From Botryllus schlosseri (taxonomy: Eukaryota), in contig CM119371.1 of assembly GCA_051294905.1 (NCBI GenBank), positions 10,914,001 through 10,978,000 of the forward strand: a stretch of DNA of 64,000 nt, given 5' to 3'. This document shows, one piece after another, positions 14,398 through 26,999 of this stretch. The notes beneath the pieces were generated by a model that saw only the letters and a program-made list of their open reading frames with translations, did no database searches and was not told the origin of the DNA. Both the position numbers and the translations under genes were made by a program. The first letter of the stretch is position 1, and each line of letters begins with the position of its first letter.

Positions 14398-15188
14398 GAA
14401 AAGGTTAGCCACTCTTGGCCTAAGGGTATGAAACCCGGTGGTGCGGAACAATCAGTCAATGATACTTCGGCACATGTCGTATATTCCTCCCCAGAACACA
14501 TCAAATCCTTAGTAATTCGGCGCACCTACAACGAATTACACAGTATTGCCAGAGAGAACGCCTGTGACAGAACCTTGGCCCCACAAAACACTGCATTTAA
14601 GACCTGAATCTCACCGCCCATGTAATCTGCGTCACCCAGTACAAATATGACCCTGGAGTGAAATAATTCACACTGTGAAGGAATGTGAATGTTAAATCGC
14701 GTGCGTCTCGAGAAAGGAGAGTTTCTTTTAGTTTAGTTAGCACGTGTGAGCTCTACCAATATTAGATTAGTAGCGACAATCCTAAACTGACGCAATGAAG
14801 AAATTATGTTAAACAATTTCATGAAGGCTCAAGCGGTACGAGCGCTAAAACGGTTGGGAAACAATGATCTATAATGCGTATTCTTGTCTCCTTGATACAC
14901 TCGTATTCTCTTATTGTCGCGCAATTGCACTTGTGGGCGTGTGGTTTAACTCGTTACTCACACGACTCGTTAAAATCGAATTATGTTCTCATTCGTTCGG
15001 ACATCTCATGGTAGGTCACACAATGAAAACAGGGCATTGTAAATGGCGGGTCGCAAATAGTAAATGGTTGGCATGCTCGAAACACGATATCGATAAAATG
15101 TTTGTAAAACAAATTTCAAGTTTTTTCATCACCATGTCATATAGTCCCGCCAATCAACACTGGTAAGCTCGAGCCCCCAAGCGAAAGT

Positions 15189-15408
15189 TTATCCTTCAAC
15201 GACCTCGTAGGTATGACCACAGGCTTGTGCAGAATTGGTAGCCAAATCGATCCCCCATTCATACGCATTTTTTTCTTCTAGTTTCGCTCCAGAAGAAATC
15301 TGATCGTTGTCATACGGCGATTGCTCTTGCGGTCCATCCAATTCGTAAGTTTCGTATTCGTTCACCTCTGAGTGAGCATTTGAGCTTCCGCCTTGTTTAC
15401 GTCCATTT
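15189..15408 (-). CDS. Gene A exon 6: cytoplasmic tail
   Basis: ttttaag|A AAT...; NGRKQGGSSNAHSEVNEYETYELDGPQEQSPYDNDQISSGAKLEEKNAYEWGIDLATNSAQACGHTYEVVEG*. Confidence 0.82.
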
Positions 15409-18400
15409 CTTAAAAGCAGAGAACTGTCCTGCTTTAATGTATAGTGCGACAGTTGCGGCCCTGGCTAGAATGCAAATCGCTAGGTCCGATAAACTTTAGC
15501 TATAAAGTGGAGCAATTGGCATATTGTGACGTAACACGCAAATGATGTCACTATAAAATTGACAATTGTTCTCTCATGAGGCATTGTCGTTGCTATCGTT
15601 CTATTGTCTTCGTATATGTCTTCAAAGATCAATTCTAAATAGAATCGTAATCGACTACTTCCTGATTTTGCTGTCATGGTATTCGTAATTGCGTGATTAA
15701 AAAGTAATTGTAATCGCAATCGATCACATTCAGGTAGTAATCACCCCATGTCCAGTTACGATTGCATTTACTAATATTCCCTCCTGATGATAGTTGGTCG
15801 AGTTGCTCTGACGGAACTGTTTGTTGCAATTATCCATACATTATGCAAAAATGGGTAATTTTCAGAAATTGTGAAAAGATTTGCAACGTTTTTAGTGATG
15901 ACGTCAGTTGCAACTGAAACTCACCTAATGTATATCAATATGAAAATTCCAATGAAAATCAGCAGGAGGAAGGTTGCCACCGATGCAATGATTGGAATAC
16001 TAGCTTCGAAACTTTCGGAATCCGTGCCTGAATAGATTGAATACACTACTTATCCGCTTCAAAATAACAATGTATCCAAGTGAAATCCAGTGTCGCACGG
16101 ATACTGTATTCGTTAGTTTAGTATTTATGCTGTTTCGAATTCTATTGTCATTTTGCACCAGATTGATATTCTTAATTACGAATCGCTTGCTCAACTTTTC
16201 GCACGACCTGTATTCGTCTCCGATTTTCCCAAGAAACCCCTTTGTATATCGGATGTCGCTAGCGCGTAGATCAGTGTTTCTCAACCTTTTTGTCCTCACG
16301 GACCCCTTTCGAACCGTCACGGACCTCCGCGGACCATCAGAAGTTGTAGTTCAAATTTAGCTCAATTATCATGCAAGCGTCATATGCCTTGTGCAAATAA
16401 CACCTGTAAGCTAGTGATAACCAGCAGCAAATGTCGTTTTTTGAAAATAGCATCATAATACTATTTATGTAGAAATTGGGTGGACTTTTATTTGAAAGCG
16501 ATTTCTGTAGCTGCATTTTTTGAAGTACGTGATCGTATATCGAAAATCCGCGTCTTCAAATTGATATGAACGATTGCCGAAAATCCATTTTCGCAAATAT
16601 AGAGGATGGCGAATGTAATAATAACGCGTAACGCGTCCAACGAGACATTTGGGTATAATTGCAACGTATATGGAACCGTAAGTGAGAAAAAATATTTTGA
16701 ATGAACATATAACGTCCAGTCTAGTCATTTCTATCAAGCCTCACATCTTCAAGTTATTACGGCATACTGGTTATGTATATCACACGACTAAATGGGTTTT
16801 TGCCAAAAATTTGAAGTCACCCTGATTGACCTGCACTACTCCAACTTTTTTCCTTTTCCGACAAACCAAACAAAACTTCCAATCTGTTGATGTGAGTCCT
16901 AAAGTTTTAGCAGCGATGAATTAGGGTAACTGCCTCGTGATTTTCCTAATTTAATGAAATACAAATTAGGTTATGAACTATTTTACAAATTTAGAGGTTT
17001 CGTGGATCCCATTAAATTGCTTCGCGTAGCGACGGTTGAGAAAAACTGTCGTAGATAAACCTTTAACACAGTGGTTCTCAACTGAGGGTCCGCGAAACCT
17101 CTAAATTTGTAAAGGGATTGATAACATAATTTCTTCTTTTTAAATTAAGAACAGCATGAGACAGTTTCGCTTCACAATAGCTAAAACTTTAGTCCTCAGC
17201 TCATTAAAATGGTCGTTTGAGAGGAAATATCCGACTGTGCAAACTTATTTCAGTTGTCAAATTACCAATAGCCCGCCGATGCAAACGTATTGCTGTTTAG
17301 ATATGTTTTTTGGGGCTTATGGAAAAATGAAATGTTGGAGATAACATTTTGGATTTGGAATTGTCAGTCTCAGCAAGTTAGTAAACAGTCGTTTGAACAA
17401 AAGGCCTGAATTTTTTCCTAATCCGTCCCAATGACGAAATTTAAACATCGCCACGAAATCCATTTTCTCCTTTGATATAACCACTAAACAGACCCATCTT
17501 CAAGATGAGATGCTAGCTAGAAATGACTAGGCTGGACATGATATGTTCACCACCGAAAGCTGTCGTCGGAAGCGTTACGCGGTAATATTACATCCGCCAC
17601 CAATATACCTTTGTGTAAATGGATTTTTGGCACTCATTCATATCCAATCGGAGACGCGTATTTTCAAGACAATAAATACAGCTGCAATATTCATTTCGAA
17701 ATTATAAAAGTCCACCCAATTTCTACATGTAGTGTTATGGTATTTTAAAGAAAAGTCATTTTGTGATGTTTATTACTTGGCTGCAATAAATAGTTGTACG
17801 AGACAGTTGACGGTTGCACGATAATTGAGTTAATTTTGAACGAAACCGTGAGGGTTTCCGCGGGGGTCCGTGGTGGCCAAATTGGGTTCGCCACGACCAG
17901 GGGTGGGCAATTATTTTTCTCCGCGGGCCAAATGAGAGCTTAAGTAATGTTGGCGGGGCGAGTCAGAAATTTTACCGAGATTTCTAGTATACACTAATGG
18001 GTAACGTTGGATGCCCTAATCGCGCGAAGCGCAGAAATTTTCAATAATTCATGATCAAATCGGTCAATAATATTGCTATATTTTGTAACCTCTCTCAGCC
18101 CACTTACTCAGTTCTACTGCTATAGCTGAGTGAGGTGTTGTCTTGGAAATATTCAGGGGGAGGGGGCGTTGGTATAATTAGTTCGTAACATGTTGTTATT
18201 TCGTGACTTCCCGTCTGCCACGTGAAACAATATTGAAAGCGTACTAAACTAATAGACGCACACAATTCCAAATTAGAATTTCTTCACTGCCAAATATTGC
18301 CTATGGACAATTGGACATCGTGGTTTTTTGTCAACATAAAGGCAGTGCTTTTTGGTATTCCGGTTTTCTCGCTGTCGAACATTTTCCCTTTATTTAGTTA

Positions 18401-21400
18401 ATTTAATCAGCAGTTGCAATTGCAGTGCCTAGTCGGAGTCCCGTGTTGGCCTAAACTTCATATGTCGTAGCGCGGTATCTAAATCGCGCGTAGCGCGGGG
18501 AAAAATTTAAAAGAAGTTGTATAAATTTTCAAAATATTACTCTATTTATGTTCATTCATGATATTATTTTGGGCCACCTTCGAACGCGCCCCTCGAAATG
18601 AGGGGTTAGGGTGCGGCAGTTACGGTCCTGGGGACACTATAAATCTTATTGTCTTGGTCGCTGGCTTCCGAACTTTGTGAACTGTGCAGCTTGGCAAAAT
18701 GGCAGTGTTGTTGAGCCAAGTTAACAGTTCTTCCGAAATTCACCGTCCCTTGACCGAGTCTATATGTATTCGTGTTTTGTCATAGAAGCGACTTAAATTA
18801 TACTCCTTAAACCTGCTCAAACATGGCGACCTGCTCAGCTCTAACTACTAGAAACACGAGTTTACCCCCGGCCCCAGTAAAAAAATATTTATCGCTCCAA
18901 ACCAACCAATAGCTTTTTTACAGCGGTTGCTCGACATATTTGAGGTAGGCTACTATTAGTCATTTTCTTAATCGATCTTAAACGTATGCGACTCCACAAC
19001 CAAATGTAGTTTTAAAGACTTCACGATAATTCCGAAATAGCCATGAGCAGGCCGTGTTATTTTTGGCATTTCAGGAGCCAGATGCCAAAACTGCCAAAAA
19101 TAAAAATTTGAAAATGCCAAAAATAAGCAATTTTTGGCATATGCCAAAAATAACACGGCCTGCCAAATAGTGTATTTCGTTCATGGTGTTGTGTTAACAG
19201 GACCACGTTACAAGCGAGAATAGCGTTTGTGAAAGGCAGGTTTCTTAATCTGGGTCCAGCCCACCCATTAGGGGTGAAAGCATGGTGTCCTAAATGGTGC
19301 GGGCACAGCGAGATTGAACGGCTGACTGCATTTGGTTTACGTCATACTTTCCATTTGTCAAAAGGCAATTTTACGACCATTTTTGACCGGCTTGTCGAGC
19401 GCTAAATTTGATAAAACGGTTATCAATGAGAAGCTGCCGCAGAACTGAATATTAAAATATAAATTATATTCTGCTCATGGAACTGGAACCTCCAAAATCA
19501 ACCACGATTTTTGCATTGTGATCGAGTTGAACATTGTGACGCAACAAACTGTCTGGCTATTTCTGAGCTGCATACATAGTCTGTAGTCTCGTTTTGCCAG
19601 ACAGTCTTGTTGCGTCAATGTTCTGAAACAAGCTAACCTTCCCAGGACTCTTCCATGCGAGTTGGTAATATTAAAGCCACCTGCGGTGACAAAAGTCCTC
19701 CGAAAATATATCGGTAGACTGAAGGAGAAATGATAGTCGGGCTACTAAATAGAATGTGTTGAGAGACAACACAGGAAACTCCTGGGAAAGGATCTGGAAG
19801 AAAATTCTTTCCGCGATGAGATCGATGGCATTGGCGAAGTGATCTCTTTTCATGATGCATGGAAGCCGGTTCGGCCCTCCAAAGATTTTGAAGGTCTGAA
19901 AACCTTTTGTGGATGACTGACAACATTCTTTCCCTCAACGGCTACTGTTGAAGCCGATATTTCTCAGACTCGCTGGGCGAGAAATGAATTTATGAGAAAC
20001 TAAGCTGACCTGAGCTTGGAAGCACTGTTACAGTGCAAACGATTTAAGTCTATTCGACAGCTGTAACAATCAGCTGTTGAGCGTGTTTGTTAGGCTTTTT
20101 TTTGGCTTATTGGCACCGATTCCGATGGATACTGCACATTTTGTGGTTTCGTTTGATATTATTAACCTATGAAATAGTTAGGTTTTTTCTTCTTCTTATT
20201 GTTTGTTGGCACTGATTATACGTGGATGCTGCACATTTTGTGGTGTCTTTTGACAAACTAGCCCAAATAAAGCGTTTTTGTGACTAATTCGAGGCTGAAA
20301 CTATCTATTTAGATGACGATGCCAAAACTGCCAAAAATAAAAATCGAAAAATGCCAAAAATAAGTTATTTTTGGCAGTTTTGGCATATGCCAAAAATAAC
20401 ACGGCCTGGCCATGAGTGTTGGCTGATGGATTCGTGACACGCATCGTCGCGAATTACCGATTAGGCTGGTTTCTCGAGTAATTTACATATACTATGGAAT
20501 TCCCCTTATATATTTCAGTTAAACTATACGAAAAATAATATATTCCTATTCAAATTAACCCAATGTTTTACCTGACACTTGACAGGGCTAATTGTCAAGC
20601 AGGGCGAAACGAGTTTATTGAAACGGGATTATTTCAATATAAATATTTTAACACTAGAACTATCAAGTGGCTTTTTTGACGTATTCTCGTTCGGCTGAAA
20701 CTTCTTGACTTTTATTTATTTGATGTAGGCCACCTTACCTATGATTTTCATCACTCATCTAGTACAAATAAAAAAGTTTCACAGAGAACTACCTAGAACT
20801 ACCAAGTGGCTTTCTGGACGCATTACAGTTTTTCTACCTTCAGGCATCGCAGTTTCATATTCTCGAAAGTGGTTATATATCTGATAAACCCAAAAAAGCC
20901 GTTTGTAACAACAGAACTTTGTTAATATCGACTTGGTCTAACTGTGTTAGCAACAACATCCCTTGTAATAGAAGGCCCCGGATCTTCCTCGTTCCGAGTC
21001 ACCAAAGCTCTGTAATATTATATTTCTGAAGCTTAGCGTGTTACAGGACATGACATTTGAAATGTACCGTTAGACCAAGCCGAGATCTGTATCGTCCATA
21101 CTAATAAAGGCTACTATAGGGTTGTACAAGGGCAAAGGGCCTTTGCTCCGGTCTACAAGATGGATCCTCGGGGGGGAGAGGGAGCTGAATCTAGTAAATT
21201 TAATGCATATGAGGACTGAGGGCATGGGTGCATTATGTTTAGTCAGGCTCTCTCGGGGAACAAATTTATGGAAGTCGTGAGCTTTCTATTGACGTAAGGA
21301 GTAAAAAAAGGTGTGGACTCGATAAAGATAATATTGTTTTCGTTCATTACATGGTCGAAATGCCAGCAAATAATTGGGGTAAAATGTCAGATGGTGGACG

Positions 21401-24400
21401 CTGCTGCTACCAAGTATCTGTACAAGGGTGTCTCATATTTAGACAAGGATAGAACAGGACACCTCTTCCATAATCCATACATTTGCCAAGCATAGTAATG
21501 TGAAGAGTCCGATGTAATCCATCTTGAAACACTGTCACGTGAATGTGGCTGTATACGCTTGTAGAAGCAAACGAAGTCCCAGTTGACAATATTGATAAAA
21601 GTTGCTTGAAGCTATACCCAGGACCAGAAGGAACACAGACAGCTTCATGTAGCCACCCTTTTCAAAGTTATCATCTTATTGATAAGCGTAACAGCAGCGT
21701 GATTCCAGTGTAGAGATCGAAGTTGTACACATGTATATTGAGTTCACTCCGACCGGAGGTATCTATTTCCTTCAGAAACAACATAAATAAGAAACCAGTG
21801 ACGGTCAAATGTTATAACGAATCAACCATGGGGATATTATTGGCCAATAAGTTGCAAGGCAGTATTCTATGAGGGTACCAACAAGTCGACGATGGTCCGT
21901 GCATGATTTCTTAGAATGTGAATGATCTTCTACTTGCCAAAATACCGATACTATAAAAATATGCAAATCGAGGATTAGTTGCGAGATTACATTATGCAAA
22001 TCTTATCTGATAAGCTTTGTGATATGTCAGCAATAACCAAGAATGATGATGTGGCTGAAGCGGATCAGGAACCTACTCCGAATGTTTAAAGAAAGTTCTC
22101 AAATACCAAATGCGCACCAGAACAACACTTATATGTTACACCAAAAACGGCGATTTGTTATATAGGTGTTGCACTAAGGTGTATGTAAAATATTGCAAGT
22201 AGCTGTGAGCGCAATAAACAATGGTTTCTGATGCCGTTTGTTGAGATTTGTGCTGATTTTTAGCTCCCGTGAATGCATTTAATCGAAGAAAATTCAACAT
22301 GCGTCAAATAAGCCACAAGGTAGTTCTAGGTAGTTCGAAGTTACGGTAGTTCTAGTGTTAATTGTATATTCTATTTTTGTACCTCCAATAGTTTTTCTAC
22401 TTTTATTCAATTCATCGGCACAATTTGAACAGTAGATGAACAACTCCATACCAATTCCCGTAACTTCGACGGCGCCTGTAGATTCAAGTTGACCCGCCGT
22501 TGTTATCATGCTCAATGGTGTGGATATATATGGAGTATCGGCAGTGGTCGTGGTGGTCGTGGCGGTGGTTGTTGCAGCGGCAGTATAGGTCACCATGCTG
22601 TCTATCACAAGAATGACGAGTAAGACATCACTGCGATTGTTAAGTATTGTGTCGGAAGGAAAAATCTATCAAGATTGTTTCCTACAGATTATGAACATTT
22701 TCATATGGCTGGCTTGGGTAGACCGGAAACTCGTGTTATTTAATTGAAATTCAATATGCAAAATCCAAAATTTGATGATCTCAGGAGAAAACAAACAGTA
22801 GCACCTCAATAAAGTTTAGGCCTTGTAATTATTATGTTACTATGGTACGACATCACGGCTGTATTGATATATCACATGTAAAACGTTCCACAAATTTTAT
22901 CAAATACCACTTTTGATTTGAGAAAATCAGAAATTCAACAGCTGTAATTGCCTCACTAAATGATGAAGTAGAGGAGGATTTTTCTCAACACCAGCGCTAC
23001 GAAGTCACCAGTGCGGCCAGACAGAATTCATTTACGTCATCCCTAAAATTCGAAGTAGGTCAACTTGGTTTTTGAATTGATCGGCACACCTCCCAATATT
23101 GACTACTATAACTTGTTACCAGCGCATATTTCTTTGCTTTCGGACAAAAATCAATTTTCGCTACTCGTGAGCACGTCGATAATATATGTAATCATCTATC
23201 AGATGGGTTGGCACACTAAGGCTAGCGGGCAGCTTGTGGCCATGACATCATTTTGTACGGCCCGCGAAGGCATCGACAATCGTATTAGAAATATTGATAA
23301 CATGCATAATAAAAATCTAATTATTGGAGCAACTTGATCAATTTTTTTCTAAGATATTTCATCGTGATATTGATACAGTTACAATATTAATATTGTATTT
23401 TTGATTTTATTGTTCGTGAAATAACCCTACCTCGAGCCCACGCATTTTAACATGTTTCGATTGCTAAACATCCAAGAAAACCATATCGAAAATGAATTAG
23501 CTCGGATCACAATTGTGATTTTAGAATATAACTCCAACTGTGCTGTAGTAGGAAAAACCTCTCCCGTTCTCCATATGCGCAGTTAAGTACAAATCATTCA
23601 TTTATTTCAGTCCCGGAAAGACGGGTTTAAAATCAATACAAAAAGCGAAAAGTTGAAGACGACTGCTTTGGAATCAATAAAATAACAACTGATGGATACT
23701 TCGGTTTCGGCGTCAGAGGTAACGCAATGCATATTACTTTTCATAATATGACATTATTGTTATGAATTCGCTTGCTGCAATTTGAACACCACCTCTATCC
23801 GAACATTCTGATTACAAGCATAATTTCTCAAATTAACCCAATTAATCAAAGCAAAAGCTTATAAAACTTCGTTAATGTTTTCCACGAAAGTGTGTTATCA
23901 TCAAGCCGATATTTAAATTGTTTTTGGTATACATATAGATGTATTTTATCAATTTCTTTGGTTAGTATATGATTATTATCACTATATAATAAATGAAAAC
24001 TTGCGCATTGGCTTATAATTCCTAATATTCAATAATGCGGCTCGCGAATGGTTTCAAATGTTGAATGTGGCTCGCGAGCTGAAAAGTTTACCCACCCCTG
24101 ATCCATCTCATGACCGATTACCGAATCCCGTTATCATAACGACCACTGCCAAATTAACGAAAGTCGCACCGTTTTGTAGTAGGTATTTGTTCGCTATTGT
24201 TTCAACGTATTCCTTTAACCAATAGTTTTCAGCCGGGATGCTGAATAAACGATTTCGGAATATCGGGGGTAAATGAGGTAGAGTGGATTGCCATCCACAC
24301 ACAACAAAAGGTAAATTCTGATTAGCATTACGGATGCTGAGATATTTAAATGGGACACGACAATAGGCCTAGCCGATAAACAAGCCCGATAGATGCCAAA

Positions 24401-26772
24401 ACGACCAACGGCAGTCCCGTATCAGCCAACAGCCACATCCGTCCGATGCCCGGTGCACTAGCGTGTGATTTACACCTATTCGGTTGTTTTTTAGGCGCTC
24501 TGTCCTTGCTCTTAGTGTTCGTCATTCAATCACGGTACTGTAAAAACGGACTGAAATAAAAATATCCCACACTTTGACATTTCGGAACATGTCATGGACC
24601 AAGACCTTTCTTGGAAGGTGGGGAATTTACCATCACCTCTAACTTCCAGTATAGCGACTAAAATATCAATAGGAATAGGACGTTGTTCATATTTGTCCTT
24701 GATGTTTTTGCGGCATATACATCGACTCATGATAGACATACAAACGATGTTAGCATATGCTAGGGTTACCATACGTCCTCTTTTAAAGGGATTTGTTCTC
24801 TTTTTTCCATAAATTGAAAGTGTCCTTGGAGGACGCCTAAATGCCCCCCTTTTCGGGAAATTCTTCGCTTATATCTAGAAAACGTAATAAAATGCGATCA
24901 AGTATTGGACCTGGACACAGCGATCATCAGAGTTTTATAAAAAAAAAATCGGGTAAAACGAAGTGGAGGCCTTTTTTGTTAGTCAACTCAACACCACATA
25001 TTATCGTAACAAAGCGGGTAATTTGGGAGTCGGAAGTGATAACATTTTATTAGTCAACACTATCGGTCGAAAAGTTGTCCATATCACCAGTTTTCTTTTC
25101 CGGCGCTGGAGATTTCCGGAATTTTAAAACGTGTCATCTTTTTCGGATCTCAAATTATGCTAACCCTAGCATATGCAATATGCATAACATGAGTTCATGA
25201 TGCGCATATGTCGCTTCACAAGGGGTGTGCAGAAATGGCCTTGTAAGGTTTTCAAAGTTTTCCACCATTTCTCTATTCTGTCCCGTTTATGCTGAGCGCC
25301 AAGCAAGGACGTCATGAATCCCATTGCTACTAATCAGGTCGAACTCACGATCTACATTCGAGAAGCAGGGCGCTCCGCCATTACGCTATCCTCTCGTGTT
25401 CATCACTGGCGATAAGACCGTGATATTGAGGCTGAGCCATCACAATATGGGGCTGAATAGCGATATGCCGGACTTCGATGACCTTTGGAATCTTTCAACT
25501 TCCTACTCGGAGTAATATAAGTGATAGGGTGTCACGAACTAGCTATGTTGCCATCTTAGAGGGTGCCACAAAGTCAAAAGATTGTGAACCATAGCTTGAA
25601 ACTCTGACATTCATCATATTCAACCAACCTTGGGTATCACACTGGTATTGAACTTTGAGATAGCTTCCCGAATGACTGCAGTATTCACCAAACACAGATT
25701 TCGAAGCTTCTAGCACACATGACTTGCGATCTTGGCAAGTCTCTTTCACTATCTTCAGGCTACCCGGAGTCTTACAAGTACTCGTCCTTGATAAACCGCA
25801 CCTATCACAGGATCATAAAGCTGGTATCGATTCTAAACTTGAAATTTGCTATGTGCGACAATGAAAGATTATGACAAAATGAAGCGCTATCGATATTTCA
25901 CAATAATATCATGCCGGGCAATTTTGAAACTTTACCGATATGACTGAGTTTACAACAAAAATGAGGTAGTAAATGTTTTGGAGATAATTGTTCCTCGGAA
26001 GCACCTCGACTGAGATCTGTCAACATATGTGCCACACTGACTGCGGATAATCCCCGAAAAGGGGGCGAATAAATAGTAAAAAGATATGTGAAAACACCAC
26101 CAAAGAACACAGACCAAGTTTATAATCATTATTATAAAGCTGAAATATCACAAAAAATACATCGATACGAGCTGGGTGAATCATCAAGAGAATGAACTCC
26201 GCTAATAAAAGCCGAAGGAATTATACTTGCTTTCTTCAAAAATTAATGCGTTGCCAGGCCCGTCTATTTAATGAATTTTTTAGCTGGGGGATCAAATCGA
26301 ATAGACAAATCAAATAATATGAATTAATGTGTTTGATAATTTGAGCACATAATGCAATTAGCAAAATGCCTCTGGCACGTTCCGCTCAGCGTCAATTCGA
26401 TATATATTCCATCAAATTGTCATTTCACAAAGTCATGTCGCCAGACTCAGGCAAAAGTAGTAATATAGAGATTTTGATTAGCGTTTCGTCGTAGAAGTAG
26501 ACTTCTGGAGTGTCATAGATGCGAATTTCCTTACCTGGAAAGTATTGATAGTATTCCATAGTTCGCATTTGTGATATTCAAAACTCCATCATTTTTGCAC
26601 TTTATTGTTTTCAGACTACCTGGACAGATGCTCTCGGTAATCATCTTTGTATGCTCATGGTGCTTTAGGACATTTATCGACAAAAACAAAACTGCAAAGT
26701 CAAGTCAGTAAACGATATACTTGTCTGGCGATCAAGAATAGTATTACTGAGCAATAGTAACCAACATATCAT
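15189..26772 (-). CDS. Gene A (6 exons, 275 aa): type I membrane protein with signal peptide, SUEL/rhamnose-binding-lectin-like domain, Thr/Ser-rich stalk, TM helix and Tyr-rich cytoplasmic tail
   Basis: Exons 26772-26748, 26691-26535, 25801-25629, 22601-22452, 16027-15925, 15408-15189. All introns are GT-AG, phases 1,2,1,1,2 join without stops, and the total is 828 nt. Domain order is coherent. Confidence 0.85.
15925..16027 (-). CDS. Gene A exon 5: transmembrane helix
   Basis: attcag|...|gtgagt; GTDSESFEASIPIIASVATFLLLIFIGIFILIYIR. Confidence 0.88.
16272..17048. mobile_element. hAT MITE in gene A intron 4
   Basis: CAGTGTTTCTCAACC...GGTTGAGAAAAACTG; TSD gcgtagat/tcgtagat. Confidence 0.82.
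17069..17890. mobile_element. Second copy of the same MITE family, inverted relative to 16272-17048
   Basis: Starts CAGTGGTTCTCAAC; internal blocks are reverse complements of the adjacent copy (e.g. ataaaagtccacccaatttctacat vs atgtagaaattgggtggacttttat); distal end replaced by another element at ~17898. Confidence 0.75.
19048..20408 (+). mobile_element. Composite hAT element: 115-bp mini-element plus transposase C-terminal remnant plus second right end
   Basis: TIR CAGGCCGTGTTATTTTTGGCAT; its reverse complement ends at both 19162 and 20408; perfect outer TSD gccatgag. 19752-20066 (+) encodes ...FEGLKTFCG*LTTFFPSTATVEADISQTRWARNEFMRN*ADLSLEALLQCKRF, resembling a hAT C-terminal dimerisation region. 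Confidence 0.85.
20652..22357 (+). mobile_element. Decayed piggyBac transposon
   Basis: TTAA|CACTAGAACTA...TAGTTCTAGTG|TTAA; subterminal inverted repeat gaactacctagaactacc; plus-strand transposase remnants (TKYLYKGVSYLDKD, NKKPVTVKCYNESTMG, ARQYSMRVPTSRRWSVHDF) with stops and frameshifts. Confidence 0.85.
22452..22601 (-). CDS. Gene A exon 4: Thr/Ser-rich mucin-like stalk
   Basis: gtgatag|...|gtatgg; DSMVTYTAAATTTATTTTTTADTPYISTPLSMITTAGQLESTGAVEVTGI; phase 1-1. Confidence 0.82.
23202..24100. mobile_element. Degraded hAT MITE in gene A intron 3
   Basis: Right end AAAGTTTACCCACCCCTG with GCTCGCGA subterminal motifs; left end degenerate. Confidence 0.6.
24761..25168. mobile_element. hAT MITE with TAGGGT ends (Blackjack-like)
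   Basis: TAGGGTTACCATA...TATGCTAACCCTA; perfect 8-bp TSD gcatatgc. Confidence 0.82.
25629..25801 (-). CDS. Gene A exon 3: C-terminal half of SUEL domain
   Basis: gtgatag|G TGC...; CGLSRTSTCKTPGSLKIVKETCQDRKSCVLEASKSVFGEYCSHSGSYLKVQYQCDTQ; SUEL cysteine spacing and VFG..C...YL.V.Y.C ending. Confidence 0.9.
26535..26691 (-). CDS. Gene A exon 2: end of signal peptide and N-terminal half of SUEL domain
   Basis: ctttgcag|...|gtaagg; LFLSINVLKHHEHTKMITESICPGSLKTIKCKNDGVLNITNANYGILSILSR; ANYG motif. Confidence 0.88.
26748..26772 (-). CDS. Gene A exon 1: start of signal peptide
   Basis: ATG at 26772, MICWLLLL, then a 56-bp GT-AG intron containing a TACTGAC branch-like motif; joins in phase to give MICWLLLLILFLSINV. 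Confidence 0.65.
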
Positions 26773-26999
26773 AAGTTTCGATCATTGATTTGTACTAACG
26801 CTTGCAGCTGGTTCCTAGCTGTTTCGTTCCTGAATGAGACCTATTGGCTTCGTGCTTTGTATCTGGACTTTTCGTTCTCGCGGTAGCACCGCAATCAATG
26901 TCCACACAAAATGCTCAGACCGAAGTGGATTATTCGAGAACGTCACATTATGTGTGGATTGTTTCGGGTGTTGTATTGATGTTTTACAGTGCTCTAAAT

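Noticed and set aside
21400..21770. Minus-strand hydrophobic stretch as an extra gene A exon
   Set aside because: Stops occur in all frames, and the plus strand is piggyBac transposase remnant.
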